Assembly (NCBI GenBank): GCA_004764695.1
Contig: SMSO01000033.1
Span: 1,178,001 to 1,242,000, forward strand
Length of the DNA: 64,000 nucleotides
Direction: 5' to 3'
Source: Schizochytrium sp. TIO01
Taxonomy: Eukaryota > Protista > Bigyra: Labyrinthulomycetes
The stretch's first letter is position 1. Each line of letters starts with the position of its first letter. A program made the translations under genes and the position numbers. Shown one piece after another: positions 1 through 12,614 of this stretch. Below the pieces are notes generated by a model. The model was not told where the DNA came from, did not search any database, and saw nothing but the letters and a program-made list of their open reading frames with translations.

Positions 1-3000
1 AAAGAAAAACTTTAACCAAAAGATGTACTATTTATTCCCTGGCACAGTGCGTATGTAGGTTTTTGGTCAAAATTGATATTAAGATGCGGAAAGTAAGACA
101 ACCAAAATGTCCACTGAGAAATCAAATGCCCAAGGTCTATACTTTTAATATTACCTAATTGTATGGTTTTCAAACGTAATAGTTTTCTTAGGTATACAAC
201 CATCTTGATATTTGAAATTGTAAAATCAAATTTGGTTTATATGTTATCCAGAAACTAAAGCACATGTAACAATGGAATAGAGAGATTCATCACTACAACA
301 GAAGGATACGATATCTCTATTTTAACCTAATCATAAGATACACAGGAACGATTTTGTATTCGTTCTTTTTTAAAAGCAGGTAACTCTGTGGAGAAGCTGG
401 ATTTTAATGCCACAGTGCTACGCTGATATAAGTTTTCCTTTTGTCCTTTTGCTTAGATAACGTAGAATATCAAAAAGATAAAACAAAAAGATAAAACAAG
501 AAACATATGTTGGTTGAGGAAAGGAAAAAACAAGAGACTGCGTTCTCTTGCCAAATTAATGTGAATTACGATGTAAGAGCTCCACGGCTCTGCTATCTTT
601 TCATAATTGCGCCTTTCGTGGCAAACTAGTCGCGGAGTTGATCTTTAGATCTCGACGTGTCGTCATCTTGTCCTTAAAGAACATAATGAAAGATTATCTA
701 CAAGATACCACCACAAACTGATGTCACCTTCTTATTCAGCAAGTCAAAGAGTTCGCAAAGTCGCCAATACCGGCAAATACCTTTCTAGAAGAGCGAACTG
801 CAAGAACAGAACAAAATAACTCTTATCCCCAAAGCATAACCGTAAGTACCCCTCAGGTTACTGATCTACTTTTGTATCCCTGTACATCTTCAAACCTACC
901 CTCCTTCGCCAGCGAATTTGCGCAGTCCATCTCTCGCACAAACTGAGCACACCGGTACCTACCCTAGCGCCCCTTAGCTGCGCCATACGAAGATACCAAT
1001 CCATGGTACCTGAGACGTGACTAGCGCTATGCCTAAGGCCAGCTAGAACCTCGGGAAGAACCGGGGGAGGATGGCACGGTATTGCGCGGAGGGTCACGAC
1101 GGTGGAAACCAGCATCAACGAGGGTGTAATGAGTTCGAACGAAGTGCGTGCAATGTCGTCGCGATGGCTTTAGGTCGTACTGGGCGCTTTCTCTTGAGCA
1201 CTTGGGCTGCGCCAGTTCAAGCGTGGCCACACAGGGGTGGAGGTCGCAGGCGCGGTAGTGCGTGCGTACAATGCTCAAGGATCGCACGGAAGAGGGTGTG
1301 CGCCGCGGATTCGGTTGCGTAACGAACTAACTAACGGCCTGGAGCTAGGTCTATATGGCCATAGCCCGCCTCGCAGGGCAGGGCTAAGGCCGGATCAGTT
1401 TCTACTGCAGCAGAGGCCACGGTCTCGCCTCAGGGAGCAGCCTGTAAAGAGAGAAGTCCTGGCAGCAGGCCAGGATGGTACGGGAGGAGCTGGCTTGGCA
1501 CAGCGCGGGGAAGGCGGAGATTTTGGTTGACTGGCACAAGCACATACGCGTTCTGTCTGCTCGTCGTAATGGAGATCTATAAAGCGTTTTCCAGGAGAAA
1601 GAAAGCGAGTTCTTCGGAAAGGTTTTGGGGTTGTTCACTTATCTAATTGTTTTTATTTAAATTAAATTAAAAATTTGAAGATATGATTATAATTTTAGAA
1701 AAAGGGGAAAAAAAAAGAAAGAAAAAGTACCAGTCAGCTTCTACAAAATTAGAAGAAAGATGAAGCAAAACACATCGTTATGACGTCAAGAAGTAATCTG
1801 ATGTTGCATGTGCCCGTTGATTCTTTCAAGCTCACGCGGAATTCATGGAACGCCTACGAGCAAGAGAGAACTCCTAGGTTATCTTTGATAGGTTCTTGCG
1901 CATGAGGAACAGATTGGGACGCTTGCATTCGAATAGATTCGGCTTCACAATGAACGGAAAAGCGCGGTATTTGTTCTTTTTCAAAAAGTTAGAGCTTTGC
2001 AGTACAAGATGGTTGTGAACGTGCAATCACATTAGTTATATAACTGTATATGATCTCAGTTTGGTTCGATACGCAGCATCGAAAGCGTTGCAAAGGTGCT
2101 TTTTATTTATTTATTAATAAAAATAAAAAGACAAAGAAAAATACAAAGCGTCCAAAACAAAAGATTTTGCTAAATTTTTGCGCCTTCAGAAAGCTATAAA
2201 CGCGTTATCAAAGTTGTCTTTTTCTTTAATATTGTTTTTGTTAAATTAAAAAAGTTATTTTTTTAAATTTTAAAACACATATGCTAATAGTGAGAGATAA
2301 GACATTAAAGTGTCTTTTAAGGGCTAATTATTACAACATGCCAAAAACGTTTTTCAATTCATTAAAAATGACAAAAATCTAAACGAATAGTATAATATTT
2401 GTACTCCCCTGTGTTTATTATTTCTATGACTTATTTTTTAACGTGCCGTACCAATGGAGGCTGATGTCTGTGGGTTAATTTCTGTTCTTTTCTTTTTTCT
2501 CTTGATCTGAAAGGCGATGCTGATATCAGGCAGCATTATTCATTGCCTCTATTGAGTGGCCAGAAAATTTTATGAAATACTAAGTAATTGAAGCGTAGAA
2601 AAGACTTTAAAGTTAGGAGTCTCAACTCACTGAGCGGTGCACACTGTGCATGGCGCATGGCGTGCCAACTGAATTGAATGGCAGTGGTTGGTGCGGTCTC
2701 TGACGTGAAGGAACAACGCCGCAGGAGCATATGAGTAAACTAGTTTACTTCACGGGCTTCTTTTCTGTGGGACCTAATATTGGGAGATAGGTACTATACT
2801 TGAGGCGATAAGGTTGACCAACAGGACGCGTCAGAAAGCATTCCCCTTGACACCAAGCAAACATGTTGCTAGAAAGGACCTGGGCATAGCAACTGAAAAA
2901 GTAAGCCCCCTTCTTTTGACAGCATCATCTGGTTCTGGGGTATGTTTTGTGGAGAGTTAATGATGATGATGATGATGCTCTGCTCTCATTAGCTGCTCCA

Positions 3001-6000
3001 TCATGTTTTCAATTGAGGGAAAAACACATATGCCACTGGCTAGAAGTAAGGAAAACGAAATGATAGGTCTATCTCGTGAGTTGCAAGCGGCGTGACTTAG
3101 GACTATTACTTTTAGTAAAATTATGACTTATGGGGACAGCTATCCATCTACTGAAGGTCTGTCTGTTCTGCTATGTCTTAATATCTCGAACGGAAGACAT
3201 ATAATCATCGACAGCCCTACGCTGCAATGTGGAAGAAACGCTCAGAAGTCGGTACTTCAAAGAGAGCGAGAGGTGAGATGTTTCCATTTTTGTGCCATTA
3301 GATTTTTTTGGTATACCGAAAAATGCAAATACGAAAAATATTATCTGTCAGCTAACATTAAAGCGGTAGGGCACACAGCCTCGAACGGCCCAACGCTGTA
3401 TACAGAGTTGAGGGATCCGCTATAAACCTCGGAGGTTGTCAAGGCTTCAAATATAAAAAATAATATCTGATTTTACTAAACAGGCTCACATACATAAAAG
3501 AATATTTGAAGTTATAATTATATATATATAATTGTTTTTTTTTGTTTATTTTAAGTCGATTAAAAACCTTTTCTACATAATTATTTGTTGTATGATGCCG
3601 AAAAGATCGGCATTCAATCTTGTTTAGAAAGAATAACACCTTTCCGTCTATAATGTTTCAAGTGGAAGGGGATAGGGTTGTGGCTTTTGTTTTTTTAATC
3701 GTATATTTTCGAAGTTTTTATTTGAGTAAAAGCGTGTATCTTCTTCCTGGTTAGATCGAAGCAAAGGGGCAATGAGGAGTCAGACTTTGGCAACGTAGTG
3801 AATTAGTTCGGGGCTGACTTTATTTATAAAAGTGATTTGTTTACATTTTATTGCATTGCTCAACGATATTTATTTTGCGAAATTCTAACATTACCCTTCT
3901 AGAATGCATGGAAGCCTTCACAACATCAATTCGAAATTTCAACGCATCGTTTTTTTGAGGAGTTCATGTCTAAAATAATGTACTCATCAAAGTATTTCTA
4001 CCTACAATTTTATTTACCTGACAGTAGCTGATGTATTGTTAAACTGCTGTAATTAAAACCATAGCAAGAAAGCTATATTAAATGTTTGCACAACTCAACT
4101 TGTGTATTCCGATTTTATCTTTTTTCAAACATTCACTGGCTCCTCACTAAAATGGAATTAGAGAAACACTTGCTTGAATAAAATTTCCAAGATGAAGTAT
4201 AAAGTGAGGATATTAATATATTTTAAATGTAGAATATCTTCATCTTGTCCCTAGCAACTCTACACATACAATATATCTTTTTACTTTGATTTTTGCACTT
4301 AAATTGGATGTGTCCCTACGTATAGTCGGCCATTCACCATTAGAGTTATGAGTAATATGTCTAGGAGGCTTCTCCTTGTCAATGGCTATATATGTTTTGT
4401 TTGAAAAGACAGAAATCGTCAATGTGGCTTATGCTTCCGATGTGCTCCGAATCTAAAGTTTTTACCTCCCAGCTAATCGATTAAAACCTTCATGCTTATT
4501 TCTTTATTATTTAATACCAAACTCCATTTCAACGATTATGAAGTAGAGTCCTTACGCTGGACTTTGAATTTTTAATCAATATCAAACCCTCTCTAACACC
4601 AGCCGGCATAAAGATATTACCCATGGGTCAGTAAAACCACATGTGCAAAATCAGGATTAGGGCCCTGACTTACAAAATCAAGAATGCGTGCTCAATATTG
4701 AACAACAGTTTGATGAAAATTCAACATATTCGAAGCCTTGTAAATGACAGTGACTTGCTCAATCAAGGCAAAGTTTATGCTTGTGTTTATTCTTTGCTTT
4801 ATAAAAACATGACAGGAAAAGAATGCAGTAATAAATAACCGTACTCGACCATCATAATTAAAGTTTTACGTTAAAGTTAGTATTTTACAGATGAAATAAA
4901 TGCTTCAGGCAACGACATATAATCAATGTATTCACAAGCAAGGTTGAAGCGTCCCTTGGTTTTGTTGTTTCAATATATAAGCTTTCATTTATTTTTTCAC
5001 ACAGAAACTCTGGACTGTAGATATTAGGTAGGCTAGTTCAGAGTAATTTTACTCCTTTCATTTTACATCTGTTTATAAGATGAGCTTCTAATTATATCTG
5101 TTGAGACATTCTATGGCGCAATTGCCGAGTGCAAAGAACAGCTGTTCCAGATATTTGATTATCTACAGAATAAGGTACCGTTGTTGAGAAGTTTGGAGTC
5201 AACCAGGAAGGCAGGAAGACTGTGTTAGCAAAAACTCTCTCATTTCGAAGAAAGAATTCATCTGAAACCGTGTATTTAATTATACCTTTCCTCTGGTTTA
5301 AATTTACTAAGACGGTTCGAGTAGGCTCTAGCATTTGGCCCGACTTTCGACTGAAAGGAGTCATCCGCAAGCTTGTCGGTTTGTTTTTTGTACTTTCTGA
5401 CAAAGTCAAATCGTTTATGAGATTGACGTGGCGGAGCATCGTCGTGACAATAATTAATGAAAGCCTTGAAACGCTTGAATAATCTAGTGGTCTGTCAATC
5501 TTTAGGAACTTGAACTAGCCTCTGAGCCGGTGATTAATAGCTAATTTCCGATGAATTTTAAACTTTCGCAGTACGTGTAGTTGCACTTGCTTGACCACCT
5601 CCGACATTTGGAAAAATAGAGAGGCAGATCACTCTACACTGAAGTCGCAAACGCACGTTGAAGACTAGAAACCTTACACAACAATCCATGCGAACACACC
5701 TTTCTACTATTCAACCACTGAAGCTACCCACGGGAACCTTTTTAATTTCTTTAACTAACTTAGTAACTATTTGTAATTCTCATCTTCTTTCTTTCTTGTT
5801 TTCTTTTGTTTCATACCTATTTTGTGGTTAGTACCTTGAAATATGTTGTATCAAGTCACATCTGCAGTTTGATCATACTATAATGTGATTGCAAGTTCCA
5901 CACGAAAGCTTGGCGTGTGACGAAGCCACGAGCCACCGCAAGGTTTTGTTTTTTTATCCAGAGCACTTTTTCCACTTACTCCCTTTCTGAAATATCATTA

Positions 6001-7733
6001 TCATAAACTTTCAATATTTGAAAGTTTTTTCTTTTCTTTTTTAGTCGAAGAAATAGTTTTAGAAAAGAAGAAAAAAGCAGAGGGAAGAGCAATCTAACAA
6101 TCTAATAAAACTTCATTCCATCGAACCAGCGAGTCAGCACCTACTGTTTTTCTTTTTCCTTCCTGCACTGAGCTGGTCTGCATTCGGCCCCCGATCTTTT
6201 CAAGCCTTGCGCCTTGCCTCCGATTCTGCTGTGGGCCCTGGTCAAATGCTCGTTCGACTCGAATTGAGTGCTTGCCAACCGATCTATAGACATCACTTCG
6301 AGTCGGTATTGGGCGATAGAAACTTCGGAATCCAAGTTGCTGAGACATCCTGGCAGACCAAAAACGGAAAGCAGAAGGCGTCCCATAGTTTTCTTGATGC
6401 CCTAAATCAATAGGTTTAGTAGAACAAGCAAGTAGTTTCGACTGGTCTCTTTTTTTAATGCGGAAAGAGAAGACTCATAGACCCCAAATAGTTCACGTCT
6501 ACTCTTGAGATATATCTAATGCATATATTGATTTGCCACTTTTCATTTGTTGGTTTTGTCTTCTACAGATGCATTGCAATTGTATTTCCATCAACAAACA
6601 AACTGTAATTCGAAATAATCTGAAGTTGGCCAAAACACACCACAGAGTCTAACAACAAGTAAACAAACAGACCTTCAGACAACTTCAAATTAGAGATATT
6701 ATGACTGTTACAGGATGTGATAACCCCATTGTGTTGATTCTCAGGGACGCTTTGGCGCCCGCACATGGATGCCCACACATGCACTAGAAATGTGGAGTAC
6801 ACTATTTGATCGTGTGAAATAGACTCAGAAACTTTATCTGCTAGTACTTCTGAAGTAATATATTTTAGAAGAAAATTGAAGAAAATTAACTATTTTTTGG
6901 TTGTTAAAGTTTATTGTTTATTCGTGTATTTAAGGTATATTTCAAGGAAATACAGTAATAAATGATTTTATAAGTGTATTTAAAAGAAAAAACAATTTTA
7001 CTTTCTTCCGAATTTTGATGTGCATATGGTTGGGCAGCAGTCACTTCCTTTCATTTGAAAAAAGGATAGAAGGTAACTAAGCCTACTTTGGAGAAACTGT
7101 TCGATTCACGTCGTTTTGGTCACATGACGCTAGGACCCTTCTACGCTTCACAAATGCCTTTTCAGCTGTAATATGACTATGGCCGAAGACAGATGATGCA
7201 TCATAGTATAATAGTGCTAAAAAAGTAAATAGGAGTTGAGAATACCAACCTACCTCTAGCTAGTGGCGACAGGAAGCAATTTCGAAGCTAAATAGGTTTT
7301 TAACAGAGCGTGTAGTGAAATAGTTGAAGCCAACGAACAGCAGTAAACTCTGTCAACGAAGTGGTATCAAGGATGAGTTCGCAGAGTCTGTAGATTGATG
7401 ATGATGATGATAATCCTGTTGGTGCAACGTTGCCGTCGATAGCTATAGAGATTACTTGCACTAAGACTCGGAGGTCTCAAACTTGCAGCTTCTGCAGGGC
7501 CGTGCGATGCGAAGCCTTCGAGTCAAACCTTTGCGTAGAGACTAGCTTCCTGGCAAGCAGCCTTGAATCTCCAAACAAGACCGACCTGGCCTATCGAAAA
7601 GCAATTTAACACGCTAAAATGCTTTCCCAATGCAAACCTGATGTGCCGCACTAGACCTGTTCGGCAACTAAAAATTACTATTTATCTATTTCCGAAACAG
7701 AACCAGGCTTAATAGAGCTGGTTAGTTTGGCTG

Positions 7734-7853
7734 GTGACATTTTTACACCATTCCCTATGTTGTTCACGATAGCTTCTGAGCAGGGGAACCTCAAGACTCA
7801 TCGTAGTGCAATTGTCAAGTTTCTTTTGGTCCCGATCTTCACCCACCCTTAGA
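7734..7853 (+). pseudogene. Possible decayed ankyrin-repeat fragment
   Basis: Translates as GDIFTPFPMLFTIASEQGNLKTHRSAIVKFLL followed soon by a stop. This resembles the ankyrin consensus TPLxxAxxxGxxxIVKxLL. The surrounding frames are stop-ridden. Confidence 0.2.
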
Positions 7854-10800
7854 GACTGGCACACTGGAAGTGAATTTGTTTAATGAGGGAGAAAGCTCAG
7901 CTATAGATGGCGAGAGGTAGAGAGGAGAAGGCTTAAGCGAGTCGACTCTGCATGGACTCTGCATTCCTAACTATGCCCTTGCACAAACCAAACGGCTTCG
8001 AAAAGGTTCAAGTCAGAGTGAGAGAATATGATCATGCTCACAGTTTCAATCAGATTCCAAGTTCGTGATTTGCGCATGGACTGCCACTTCGATGGCGATT
8101 TCTGGTAGAATCGGAACGACAAAGCTCAAATGGAAGCACACTTTCCTAAACACTCGCCCCGAGATTTGCCAGGTTTTGATGATTCCATCACAAGATAAAT
8201 ATATGAGACGGATATGATCTAGAACTCCACAACTCGGTTGTAAACTGATTGATAGGACGCACTATGTGACATGTATATATTCAATGGTACAGTAATCCAA
8301 CCCATTATATGGTCGCAAAAACTCAGACGAAGACGTCAGAAGAGATAAAATTGCAAGTGAATGATGGGAAATTATCGCATTGTTGAAAACATCCCTATCC
8401 GAATATCCTGTCAAAACCAAGTCGTACGTTTTTATGGTTGAGTGGTTTATCTCCTAGATGCAAGAAAGCTGTTTGGTTGCGCACTACTTTATTTAGGTCG
8501 GCAGCAAAAGTATGCGTATAATGTACAGGAAGTGGTGCATTGGAACTGGGAGGCTCAACCTTGCACTGTATCTTACGAAACTGCTGGTCTCTCGAAAAAG
8601 TTTGGAGATAGGCTAATACTAAGCAAAGCCTTGAGGGTCTATCATTGATGTTTTCAAGCAGTAAGTATCTAGCTGCCATTTTGCCTGCTACCATGAGCAC
8701 TTTTAAACCACCATGAGAACCCACCACTGTTTGAAAGTTCTATGATAATCATCACGTGAGTGACTGGGTAATGATGCAGCGGGGAGCTTGACCATTAAAA
8801 GAGAGCACCAATAGTTGTTCGAAGATGCCAGCTAGAGTGCTCATGTCTTGCGGGGACCTATAACTTGACGCCCTCATACGGCGCCATAGGATGTCGTATG
8901 GAGACAGTTGACCCGATGAACTACCTGTTAGAACTATCATTAGACAGCACTTTATTTTCCATTTCACTTTTCTCTTCATTTCCTTCTTACTCAACTGAGG
9001 TAGTAACTAAACGGATGCTCTCGTTTTTTGTATAGTACGTAGTACCTTTTTTAATTTTTTTTTGGATAAAAAGAGAGGCTTTAAATAAAAACCTTTAAAA
9101 TAAATTTAAACAGTGACTTTCCAAAACAACTGCCAGATAATGCTAATATGTTTGCGTTGCTGTCTTGAGATAAGGCTTCAGAGAGTGACAGAAGGGGGGG
9201 GGGGGTGGCGAAAGGTGAAAGTAAGTTCTAGTGTAGTTTACCTTGCAACATTTGGTTCTCATAATTTAAATCACTCAATTCACGGATAATTCAAAATGAT
9301 CGTGTATTCTCAAAACCTTCATTCTTTTAAAACACTTTACTCTTTTTCCTTTACCCTAATGTCTAAAACTTCGTTCAAAATGTCATACTTACTCAAGAAA
9401 GAATATGTAGATTTATGTGTTAAGTAGAGTATTTCTCTTCTTATATTTTTTTTAATTAAAAAAAATGTATACTTGCTGGGTCAACTGAATGGCATCCGCG
9501 AGGTAGTCGTAGCAATCATGGCTGTGGCTCAGATTGCATATGGGTCCGAACTTTGTTATCCAGAACCCCTCGGCTCTGTCTACACTTTTGAAGGAAAGTT
9601 TGTACCATCGAAACAAAAGCACTCACGGGTTGTGGTGGAGAAGTCTACTCGCAAAACAGTCTCACCAGTCAAAATCAACTCCTCAGAATCTTCTAGCTTG
9701 GTAGGACTTCGAGCTAAAACAATCGGTCATATGCTCGCAAAAGCAATCGAGAACTTTGCGGACGAGGTAGATCTCTCAATCGGTTAATGTAAAAGAAACT
9801 GTCTTCAAAACAGGCGCTTTATTTATTCTTCTCTTTTTTCCCTTTTCAAAAGCTAATTTTGAAGATGCATGAAAATAATGTTGAGTTTAAATGATTAGCT
9901 ATAATGTGTATTATGCATTAACAATATGTTTAAAGCTATTTACTTCTTTTCTTTTCTTTTCTTTTCTTCTTTTCTTATTGAATGTCGTAAGAATAATTTA
10001 CAAGAGTTGAAAAAAATTTACTACTAACTTCTCTTGTTAATCCATTCTTCCTTTTGATGAGATATTGTAAAGCCAATCTTGGTTGCATGTCTTTACTCAG
10101 ATGCATGCATGAGGCGGACCCTTATCTGTGGCACTATATTTCGATTATCAAACAAATCCCCAATCACCAAACACCTAACAGCCAGTTTGAGATCAAATCG
10201 GTTTATAGTTTGCTTTTTTCAGCATTAACTTCTGGCCCTCCTTCATATCCTTCGCTCTCTTCATTTAACTCAGAAAACTGTAAGTAAGAAATTGAAAGAA
10301 AGGCTATCAATCATTACTTGACCAGGAAAGAAAGAACAGCGGAAAAGAACAAAGACAAGAAAGCCAAACTTAGAAACAGAGCAAATACACCTCACCAATA
10401 AGGCAGCAGCAGTTCTATTTTTGCTACCCTCTCTACCCCTTCCTTCGCCCGAGTCGCGACGGCGCAGCACGGAGGCTTGCGCAGTTGTTGTCTTGGGAGT
10501 GGAACCGGGTCAATTTGAGGAGGGCACAGGGCGGGGCTCGCCTCGAAGTACAAGTTGTTTAATTAACTCGTTCGTTCGTCCATCCATCCCTCTCCTCGCT
10601 CCATCCATCCCTGCGTACTCACCTGCTTTCATTCTTGTGCCGAGACGCGCTGGCGCACAGACCACCACTCGTTACAAAGCCGTAGAGGAAGACGTGCAGT
10701 GCCAGTTTCTGCGAGGACACAACACATAGACCTGCAGCTGCAGCGCGGCTCGCCTGAACTAGTAGGTCATCCCTTCGCCCATCTCTCCCGTCATCTCTGC

Positions 10801-12614
10801 TCTCTACTCTCTGCGAGCTGAAAGGTACGACAGCAGAAGGTTTCTACGCGATAGCAAGTGAAAGCTTTGTCGCAAGAGGGAGAAGGTCTTCGTCTTGGTC
10901 AAACTTGTCGAAGATATTTGCCTTGCAGCACCACTAGCTTTTGGTCGTTCATACACTAAACATTGCATAGTACTACCCTTTACACGTGAACCTCTGGAGT
11001 GCCGCCAACACGAAACCGCGCCGGGCAGTAAAGTCATCTCGTTTCAAAGATCATCAAAGAGTTTGAGGTATTGCAGGAAACAACTCTCAGCCCTTTAGTT
11101 GTCATCGTTTGTCTCTAACTTCGTAGATCTTTTGAACTTGGCTGATTTGCGGCGACTTCAAGAATACCAGCAACGTACGAAGAGCTGAATAGAGCGCCTT
11201 CGAAATCCTACTCCTGCAAAGTCTGCTACGCAAACAATCTCAGCAGGAAATCTCTGTTTTTTTTGTGTTTTTTGCGAAGACGCTGAAAACGCTAGTCTAC
11301 GTGGGACACAGAGACAGACCTCTTTCTTGCCAGCTCTTCTCCCTTTGGAGAAAAGGTTCAAGACAGCGAACAAAGTCCTCTCGTGCTGTTCTGTCTTCTT
11401 GATCATTGTTCCTTAAGCTTCGATATACACTCAGACTATCGACCAAGCTTCATCACACAACTCGACTTTCCTGTACTCAATAAGTTGTGATTTCGAGGCA
11501 CGATCGGAAAACTGAAAAGAATCCTCACCACTTGTTGACTTCATCTCAGCAAGGACGACCATTACTATCGTATCTGAACATCCTCTTACAGCACATCGGG
11601 CACTTATCAAGCGGAAGTCCTTTTGAAAGAGCGAGGCGTCTTCCACAGAGAGCAGTGCAAGCCGAAGCATAGGAACGGATCGTGGCATCACAGAAAAGGT
11701 TGAACTTGCGTGTGCGAGATTTGCGGCCGTGCATTTTCTGTGCACGCTCGTCCTCTCTCTCTTTTCATCTTTTCTGCTTTCTTTTCTTTCTCGTTCTTTT
11801 CCCTCTTTCTTTTCCATTTTCTGTCTTTTTTTTTTTAACCTTTGGTCTTTCACCTCATAAGAGGGGAAGTAAATAACTAAGTAAAAAAAGAAAACAAGAA
11901 AGAGGGTCAGCAAACCTCAATCCTGCAAGCCCAAGAAGCGGAGAAGCAGCGTGTGCGCGTGACTATTGCTGCTGATTGCTTTGTTGCTGGTTTCTGCGAA
12001 GGGTTATCTGGGCGCAGTCAATAGAGGTGAGCTGTAGCTGTTGTGTAATTTGTCGGTGAGTACCTCGGGTCGGGGATACGATAGGCCGAGAAGTAGGGCT
12101 CGTTAGAAGAAGTGATAAGAAAAAGGCCTGGTTGCTCACGAGTAGTGCATTTGCTTGTTTTCGGCGGTACATTGAAAGAACGACCTGAAAGGGGCGAAAA
12201 GTCATTCTGTGGTGTTAAAAGGGCTGCGTGCTAGTGTTCTTTGCCTTATCGGTTTCTTCAGAGAATATAGTTTGGTGCATAGTTGGAGATACTCGTATCT
12301 CTGTGCGACCCTGTTCTAGGTCACACGTACATTTGACACATTATAGATTTGGTGTTTGGTGAACTAAACTCAGGCGCAACAAAACCAGCCAGATCAAATC
12401 GGGAATACCTTCATAAACCTTTTCGCTCGGAATTTTGCGAGAGCTAACCTAAATCACGACCCACTGCTCGATACACGTTCGAGCTGGGCATAATTTGCAG
12501 GGAAGCAGCAGGCGCACATGTCCGCATCCGCCGTGATGGAACCTCGCGAAGTAGGGTCCAACTGGGCAGCAAGCAATAAATCCGGCATTCAAGAAAGCAG
12601 TAGCAACGGAAACA

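Noticed and set aside
19-96. KDVLFIPWHSAYVGFW, resembling the tyrosinase FLPWHRxY motif
   Set aside because: It is flanked by stops, lacks the conserved Arg and has no other copper-site motifs nearby. Likely chance, though it lies at the window edge.
11431-11913. 160-aa minus-strand ORF with a hydrophobic start and a K/E-rich stretch
   Set aside because: It derives from poly-purine/pyrimidine low-complexity tracts in the upstream region of the TF gene and has a non-ATG start.
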